Source: Verrucomicrobiota bacterium (GTDB lineage Bacteria > Verrucomicrobiota > Verrucomicrobiia > Verrucomicrobiales > DEV007). From it: a stretch of 34,184 bases of DNA. The stretch is from contig JASFYY010000072.1 of assembly GCA_045046875.1 (NCBI GenBank), positions 1 to 34,184 of the forward strand, in the 5' to 3' direction. Shown piece after piece: positions 28,489 to 34,184 of this stretch (position 1 is its first letter; each line of letters begins with the position of its first letter). A program made the translations under genes and the position numbers. Below the pieces are notes generated by a model. The model was not told the origin of the DNA. It made no database searches and saw only the letters and a program-made list of their open reading frames with translations.

Positions 28489-29697
28489 CTATTTCCCTTT
28501 AGGCATCGCAGGCGGAGTGTATCCGTCCCATTTGCCAGCCTGGATAAATTTGGATGTCTCTTTTTTGGCAGTGCGACCAGCTTCCTTGTAAGCCTGATTG
28601 ACATCGGGAGGTAGCGCATATTCATCGACATTGGCCATGCGTACCACGATATCTTTTTTGGTAACATTGATGACCATCAAATCACGAGCGATTGCCAGAG
28701 GACCATCGTATACTTTCCGAACACCGTCCATGATGGCGGCATTGTTTTCCGGTGACTGCACCGAGTGGTAACCTACAGCCATGCGCGGCTTGAGTTCAGC
28801 CATCACTTTACCAAAGGCGGTAGGTTCGGTGTGGATTCGGGTAGACACGTAGGTTGCCTGTCCAAGATCCCATCCGAAATAAGCCGCGAGCGCTTTTGGA
28901 GGAAGAAAACATTCGTGGGAAGCGACATCAGCCCCTTTGGCATACTCCATATACCATTTGTTTGGGTAGGTATCTCCACCAAAGACGTATTTAAGGCCGT
29001 TCCATTCCAGGCCAAAGCTAACAGCGCCGTCGAGGGAGTGGATTGCGGGCCACGAACGAATGGTGACTCCATTTTTTTCATAGACCACTTCATTCATCTG
29101 TTTGTAGTCGAACTCGTGCACCACGATCTCCGCACCGGCATCAGGCAATGCTCCACTGCGGGTAGCGAGATCCCAGGCGTAGGCCTTTTTCATTCCATCA
29201 GCAAAGGCTTTGGTACCTAATTCCGGAGTAGCGCCGCTTGGTCCGTAGAGGTGGATGGGAGTGAATCGACCTGAGAGCCAGCCGCCAATGTGAACCCCCA
29301 TGAAATCGCCAACATGGTCTACATGCAAGTGACTGGCGAAGACCTTGTCAATTTTGGAAAAATCGGGACGGAGGGAAAAAAGGTTGCCAAGGCTGCCTGA
29401 ACCGACATCGAAGAGGAACTTGTCTCCGTTGCCAAGTTCCACCAGATAGGAGATGGAAACAGCCATTTTGGTTTGGTTCGGCATACCCGTGCCCAGTGCA
29501 GTGATCCTCATTTCATCTGCAGCTAATTCTTCGGTATTGGGAAAATAGCTGGCCGGATAGCCGCTTTTTTTGATAGTTTGAGCCGTCCGACCACGGGGGA
29601 GATTATCTGGAGTTTGAGCCTGTACCACAATGGCAATGACGGAGACCGCAAGGGTTGCCATTAATACAAGTCGATATTTCTTGATGTGTGTAGTCAT
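28489..29697 (-). CDS. Exported metallo-beta-lactamase-fold hydrolase of the RNase Z / AtsA arylsulfatase (GntH-like) group
   Basis: Signal peptide (..VQA); LGTGMP, FLFDVGSG, HxHxDH as SHLHVDHVGD, AIH, GGDT, HECF, IHT, GYH. Confidence 0.88.
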   Translation of the reverse strand: MTTHIKKYRLVLMATLAVSVIAIVVQAQTPDNLPRGRTAQTIKKSGYPASYFPNTEELAADEMRITALGTGMPNQTKMAVSISYLVELGNGDKFLFDVGSGSLGNLFSLRPDFSKIDKVFASHLHVDHVGDFMGVHIGGWLSGRFTPIHLYGPSGATPELGTKAFADGMKKAYAWDLATRSGALPDAGAEIVVHEFDYKQMNEVVYEKNGVTIRSWPAIHSLDGAVSFGLEWNGLKYVFGGDTYPNKWYMEYAKGADVASHECFLPPKALAAYFGWDLGQATYVSTRIHTEPTAFGKVMAELKPRMAVGYHSVQSPENNAAIMDGVRKVYDGPLAIARDLMVINVTKKDIVVRMANVDEYALPPDVNQAYKEAGRTAKKETSKFIQAGKWDGYTPPAMPKGK

Positions 29698-29770
29698 ATT
29701 GCTTTATTTAATATTTACTAAAAATAACAGCTTGGTTAATCGGCAAGTCAATTTTAGATTATCATACTAA

Positions 29771-29795
29771 TAGGAAGTATAAATTATACTTCCTA
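29771..29795. promoter_or_regulatory. 25-bp palindrome TAGGAAGTATAA-A-TTATACTTCCTA containing back-to-back -10-like hexamers
   Basis: Perfect 12-bp arms, 1-nt centre; TATAAA on + (29778-29783) and TATAAT on - (29783-29788) in the divergent MBL/tetR gap. Confidence 0.7.
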
Positions 29796-29810
29796 GACGC
29801 TTCGGTCTAG
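29793..29810. promoter_or_regulatory. Probable TetR operator CTAGAC-GCTTCG-GTCTAG
   Basis: 6-bp arms with N6 spacer between the divergent MBL hydrolase and tetR; identical arms and spacing at 26257-26274. Confidence 0.75.
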
Positions 29811-29899
29811 TAAAAAGTGACATTTGTTGAATCCGTCTGAATCAACTGACTGGCGGCATCATTTTTCAGCTAAATTTTAAATCAAAAGCCTCCATTTGA

Positions 29900-30442
29900 A
29901 TGAAGCGTGTATCAAAATCAGACTGGCTGCAGGAAGCCTTGCTTGCTCTTGAAGAAGATGGCATTGATGCCATCAAAGTAGAGCGACTCGCAAAACGATT
30001 AAATATATCAAAAAGTGGATTTTACTGGCACTTCAAAAATCGCGAAGATTTGATTAATGAAATCATTGATTATTGGGCTCATGAATACACTGAAGTTGTC
30101 ACCACGAACCCTCTTTTCCATTCCGCTCCGCCTCTTCAACGCCTAGAGAAAATAATGGAAATGATCATCGATGCCGATTTGACCCAATTCGAATTGGAAA
30201 TGCAGTCTTGGGGCAAATTAGATCCCCGCATTGCAAAAAAAGTTCAACAAGTGTACGAAATGAGGCTGGCATTCAGCCGGGATATTTTTCGCGAATTAGG
30301 TTTCAAAGGAGTAGAACTTGAAGTCCGTACCAGAATGTTCATTGGCTATCACGTGTGGGAGAGCACCACTTTTAGATCAGAATCAAAAAAAGATCTGCGT
30401 AAATATATCAAAGCGAAAGTCGCTTTATTAACGAAAAAATAA
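29900..30442 (+). CDS. TetR/AcrR family transcriptional regulator
   Basis: ALLALEEDGIDAIKVERLAKRLNISKSGFYWHFKNREDL N-terminal HTH; 180 aa. Confidence 0.95.
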   Translation: MKRVSKSDWLQEALLALEEDGIDAIKVERLAKRLNISKSGFYWHFKNREDLINEIIDYWAHEYTEVVTTNPLFHSAPPLQRLEKIMEMIIDADLTQFELEMQSWGKLDPRIAKKVQQVYEMRLAFSRDIFRELGFKGVELEVRTRMFIGYHVWESTTFRSESKKDLRKYIKAKVALLTKK

Positions 30443-30512
30443 ATTCGCTCAACGGCACTCTTTCGAATTGCATCTACGCTGCGGCTTGAAGATCAATCCG
30501 AATTAACAGTAA

Positions 30513-31919
30513 TCAAAAAGCGTAGGCGTAATTCAAAATAATCCGAAAATCTTCCCGGTCATTTCCACCTCTGGCGGAATCCTGGTTATTAAAGGCGTAA
30601 CGAATCCGCAGCCAGATATTATCGAATCTTTTGCCCGGAATTTGGTAATCCAGCGTAGCGGAATATTCCTCTTCATCGGGTGAAGCCGCGCTGCCTGTAT
30701 CAGGGGTAATAACATGCAAATAACCCACATCAGCAGCGAGGCCCTTGAATCCCCAATGATCAAAGCCATAAGTGGCCCCCAATTTCACTGCACGTTCCCC
30801 CGCCCGGTCCTGATCAGAAATCAAAGATGAACGAAAAGTAGGCGATCCTCCCCAAGGGTTACGCACATCCCCGCCGCGAGACGTCACAACAAAAGCCGCC
30901 GAAGCCACTAACTCACGCACACCAAGAGCCAATTTCACCCCCCCGACCTGAGTGCTGAAACCGCCGAGCAGCTCATCTCCGGTACTGCGTTGGTCAGTAA
31001 ACTGAGCGCCCAGCCTGACACTAAAATCATCTTGCCATTCAAAAAGCCGGTCGACTTCGACATAAAAGGTATTGAACATATCCCAGCCATACTGGTTCAC
31101 CGCCCCGATATGGGAATCTTCGGAAAAATTGTACCGCAGACCGACAAATGAAACTCCTCGATCCGCCCCATCCACGCCGGCACGTTGTGACATCGATTCA
31201 AAGCTGCTGCGGTTGCGCAATTTAATTTTGCTCAAATGACCTGCAGCCAATTGTAAATTACGAAGCGAATGAATACTGAAACCCACACCTTCAAATGTAT
31301 TGGGTGTCATACGGATGTCATAGGCATTGATGTATGGTAGATCAATTCGTGTCCGCCCCGCCCGCGCTTTGAGCACCCCTACTTTAATTTCGGCAACCGC
31401 TTCACCCAAAACGGTGTAACTCTCTTGTCCCGTGCGCAGGGAAGAGCTGCCGTCGCGATCAACTGGGCCATATAATTTTTGCGAAGTGTAACCTGTTAAT
31501 TTTAACCGTAAAATATCCTGCCACCACCCGGTTTCCATTTCCAAGGCTCCTCCCATGGCTGCGCTTTCAGCGATTCCTACATTTTCAGTATCGCGGCGGA
31601 AATAATAAAACCGCGGGCTCACCAAAAAATCAATGCCATCAAAAAAAGGCGTGCCCGTAAGCGGCATGTATTGATCCCATAATCGCGGCAGCACCTGATT
31701 AGGCAGCAACTTGAAAGATCGCCGCTCGGTGATCCAGCTTTTTGGGCTGGTGCCAATAGAATCCGTCGGCGAACGCTCCTCTTTCAACGACACCACAACA
31801 GGGCCTTCGACTTTCAGATACTCTGGGCTATCCGCCGCCTGAAGAGAACCTACCAGTGAAATCACCAATAACACCAGCAAGCATGCTGTCGTTCCAGTTA
31901 GTGAGCTTTGTTGATTCAT
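30513..31919 (-). CDS. OprD/Occ-family outer-membrane porin
   Basis: Signal peptide (..LQA); RIDLPYINAYDIRMTPNTFEG, RAGERA, WLRIRYA, DFRIILNYAYAF with terminal Phe. Confidence 0.82.
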   Translation of the reverse strand: MNQQSSLTGTTACLLVLLVISLVGSLQAADSPEYLKVEGPVVVSLKEERSPTDSIGTSPKSWITERRSFKLLPNQVLPRLWDQYMPLTGTPFFDGIDFLVSPRFYYFRRDTENVGIAESAAMGGALEMETGWWQDILRLKLTGYTSQKLYGPVDRDGSSSLRTGQESYTVLGEAVAEIKVGVLKARAGRTRIDLPYINAYDIRMTPNTFEGVGFSIHSLRNLQLAAGHLSKIKLRNRSSFESMSQRAGVDGADRGVSFVGLRYNFSEDSHIGAVNQYGWDMFNTFYVEVDRLFEWQDDFSVRLGAQFTDQRSTGDELLGGFSTQVGGVKLALGVRELVASAAFVVTSRGGDVRNPWGGSPTFRSSLISDQDRAGERAVKLGATYGFDHWGFKGLAADVGYLHVITPDTGSAASPDEEEYSATLDYQIPGKRFDNIWLRIRYAFNNQDSARGGNDREDFRIILNYAYAF

Positions 31920-32046
31920 TCCCTACACACCTCAGGGTGCCTTCTGCGACCTTTCCATAATAGCGAGTTGGAAGCAAAATTTACAGAAACCGACAAACCC
32001 GTTTTTTTGCTCGCAATACAATCAATCCCGCCTAAACTCGATTTTT

Positions 32047-32904
32047 ATGAAAATAAAATCCATCCAAAGCCTGGCTTTCTTGACAACTCTTTGCCTCTAT
32101 CCCGCACCACTGCAAGCCGAGGAAGCAAACGCCGCCGTAGAAAGTGCCCCTGCAGAACCCGCTGACTCAGAAGCACTGGCCTTAAAACTAGCCAACCCAA
32201 TCGCTTCGTTGATCAGCGTGCCTTTTCAGAACAACTTCGATTTTGGGTCGGGACCAGATGGAGATGGCAGTAAATACCTGCTCAACTTTCAACCGGTGAT
32301 TCCTTTCGATCTCAATGAAGACTGGAATTTGATCACCCGCACCATCATCCCATATGTTTACCAAAACGACGTTTTTGGTACATCCGACAATCCCAGTGGT
32401 TCGCAGAGCGGTTTGTCCGACACCGTGCAAAGCTTCTGGTTTTCCCCAAAAAAACCCACCTCGAGCGGTTGGGTCCTGGGAGCCGGTCCGGTGATCCTTT
32501 ACCCCACCGCTACCAATAGCCTGTTAGGCGCAGAAAAATGGGGTTCAGGCCCAACGGCTATTGCCCTCAAACAGTCCGGTGGCTGGACTTATGGGGCTCT
32601 GGCCAATCAAATTTGGTCCTTTGCTGGTGACAATGATCGTGACGAGGTCAATCAGATTTTTTTGCAGCCCTTCCTTTCATTCACCACCAAACAGGCGACC
32701 ACCTATGCGCTCAATACCGAGTCCACCTACCAGTGGGAAACAGGTCAATGGCTCGCTCCGGTCAACTTGATGGTTTCCCAGTTAGTCAAATTTGGCAAAC
32801 AACCCGTACAATTCCAAGTGGGCGGACGCTGGTATGCCGAAGGACCCGATGGCGGCGCTGAATGGGGATTGCGTTTTGCCGTCACTCTGTTGTTTCCAAA
32901 ATAG
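32047..32904 (+). CDS. Outer-membrane beta-barrel 'transporter' (MetA phenol-pathway/SphA-like superfamily)
   Basis: Signal peptide; LANPIASLISVPFQNN, FQPVIPF, SGLSD, GAGP..PTAT..LG..KW..GP, WGLRFAVTLLFPK. Confidence 0.8.
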   Translation: MKIKSIQSLAFLTTLCLYPAPLQAEEANAAVESAPAEPADSEALALKLANPIASLISVPFQNNFDFGSGPDGDGSKYLLNFQPVIPFDLNEDWNLITRTIIPYVYQNDVFGTSDNPSGSQSGLSDTVQSFWFSPKKPTSSGWVLGAGPVILYPTATNSLLGAEKWGSGPTAIALKQSGGWTYGALANQIWSFAGDNDRDEVNQIFLQPFLSFTTKQATTYALNTESTYQWETGQWLAPVNLMVSQLVKFGKQPVQFQVGGRWYAEGPDGGAEWGLRFAVTLLFPK

Positions 32905-32954
32905 AATAATTCATTGCATTTTTCTCAATTTTAATTAAAAAAGTATTTACACCC

Positions 32955-33740
32955 ATGAAAACTAATATATTACTCACTAGTCTCGCTGCCTTGGTAGCTC
33001 TAGCCACCCTTACACCAGCAGCCAATGCTGGCGACACCCCAGAAGCTGCCATTGCACCGGCGGTGGATAACTCGTCATTTTATATCTATGCCGACCTTTG
33101 GGCGATTGGCATCAATGGTGATGTGGGCATCGGAGGGTTTACCAATCCTGTCGATGTGGGTTTCGATGACATCCTCGACAACCTTGATGCTTCATTGGCA
33201 GGCGGGTTTGGATTTCAAAAAGGAAAGTGGGGCTTCATGAGCGAATTTGTCTGGCTCAAAGTCTCCACCGACGCTCCAACTCCGGGCCCGCTTTTTCGCA
33301 AAGCCGATATTGGAGTCGAGCAATTTATGGCGGACGGACATATCTCTTACCGCATTTTTGAGTGCCCCAAGGGCAAAGGTTATCTCGACGTGATTGGCGG
33401 CCTGCGTTACACTTATTTAAAAACAAGTCTGAGCTTTGCGCCTGGACTTGCCCCACGTAGAGTCAATGTGGCAGGCAGTAAAGGCTGGTGGGACGGATAT
33501 GGCGGTCTCAAAGGACGTTACAACATCACCGATAAATGGTTTGTCCCTTTCCGCGCTGATGTTGGCGGTGGTGGATCCAGCCTTACCTGGCAGGCGATAG
33601 GGGGGATTGGTTATCAGTTCACCCCCGGTTTTGATATGAAATTGGCTTATCGTTACTTCGCTATGGATTACAGTGACGGAGGATTTATTTACGACGTAGC
33701 CACCTCGGGGCCGATCCTGTCTTTAGGTTATAAATTCTGA
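32955..33740 (+). CDS. Outer-membrane beta-barrel protein, uncharacterised
   Basis: Signal peptide (..ANA); amphipathic strands, GGLRY, WWDGYGG, RADVGG, AYRY...DY, terminal GPILSLGYKF. Confidence 0.85.
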   Translation: MKTNILLTSLAALVALATLTPAANAGDTPEAAIAPAVDNSSFYIYADLWAIGINGDVGIGGFTNPVDVGFDDILDNLDASLAGGFGFQKGKWGFMSEFVWLKVSTDAPTPGPLFRKADIGVEQFMADGHISYRIFECPKGKGYLDVIGGLRYTYLKTSLSFAPGLAPRRVNVAGSKGWWDGYGGLKGRYNITDKWFVPFRADVGGGGSSLTWQAIGGIGYQFTPGFDMKLAYRYFAMDYSDGGFIYDVATSGPILSLGYKF

Positions 33741-33767
33741 TTTCCTGTTATATTTCCATAACAAATC

Positions 33768-33801
33768 AAACCCGGTGCTTGCAAAAAGCACCGGGTTTTT
33801 T
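33768..33801 (+). terminator. Rho-independent terminator
   Basis: AAACCCGGTGCTT-GCAAA-AAGCACCGGGTTTTTT, a perfect GC-rich stem with U-tract, 27 bp after the 33740 stop. Confidence 0.9.
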
Positions 33802-33868
33802 GTGTCCGTATTTGCTCGCAATACTCGCCAAATTTCGACACACTTGTTTACAAACACCCCATCACATT

Positions 33869-34159
33869 ATGGAATCAAACAAAGACCCGCTCGACAAAGC
33901 CCTCAATCTCATCAAACAAGGACGTGACGAGCTGAAGCTCAAAATGCATCTCGGTAGCAAAGAAGCACAAGACGAGTGGAGCAAACTCGAAGCACGATTG
34001 ACCGACCTGGAACAAAAAGCGCAACCGCTTTCCGGTGCCGTTAAAGAAGCTGCGGAAACCAGTGGTCAACAGGCCAAGAATGTGGCAAGAGCGGCGCTTG
34101 ATTTGACTGCGCAAGAACTGAACGATGGATATCAGAAACTACGTAAGCTGCTGGAGTAA
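33869..34159 (+). CDS. Small coiled-coil hypothetical protein (start ATG 33869)
   Basis: MESNKD...KQGRDELKLKMHLGSKEAQDEWSKLE helical pattern; the upstream TTG start would run through the terminator. Confidence 0.8.
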   Translation: MESNKDPLDKALNLIKQGRDELKLKMHLGSKEAQDEWSKLEARLTDLEQKAQPLSGAVKEAAETSGQQAKNVARAALDLTAQELNDGYQKLRKLLE

Positions 34160-34184
34160 ACGATTACCTCAACAGCGTCGCCGA

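Noticed and set aside
28489..29697. Guanitoxin biosynthesis or true RNase Z
   Set aside because: GntH-like is only a family resemblance and no other gnt-type genes are present; the signal peptide argues against RNase Z.
33779..33868. N-terminal extension of the last ORF
   Set aside because: Begins inside the terminator hairpin; ATG 33869 is the better start.
34160..34184. End of a convergent gene at the window edge (and a possible minus-strand ATG at 6-8)
   Set aside because: Too little sequence to support a call.

Overview
Bacterial chromosomal segment, most consistent with a Verrucomicrobiota (PVC) organism. This is inference from the Cys-type sulfatase, split coaC/coaB, ExbB-ExbD-giant TPR cassette and PVC-style intergenic micro-repeats. 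Left to right: (1) a secreted S1 sulfatase divergent from priA; (2) a visibly AT-richer insert (about 4.1-8.0 kb) carrying a secreted protein built of two tandem zincin-like modules and a class II Fic/wHTH gene placed directly in front of yicC; (3) a housekeeping run yicC-gmk-coaC-coaB-IMPase-ispF-folP; (4) a minus-strand exbB-exbD-TPR operon with no tonB; (5) uvrC and an orphan PBP2-like transpeptidase; (6) an accessory cell-envelope island (about 21-34 kb) of exported hydrolases (amidohydrolase, alpha/beta hydrolase, RNase Z/AtsA-like metallo-beta-lactamase), three intact outer-membrane beta-barrels, a decayed OprO/P-like porin, uncharacterised exported proteins and a TetR regulator. The best candidate for an undescribed system is that island: the same palindrome CTAGAC-N6-GTCTAG sits in the tetR/MBL-hydrolase divergent promoter and upstream of an unknown secreted protein 3.5 kb away, suggesting a small TetR regulon for uptake and periplasmic hydrolysis of an unknown (possibly sulfated) small molecule. 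No rRNA, tRNA, CRISPR array, integrase or transposase was recognised. All family calls come from motifs read by eye; no searches were run.
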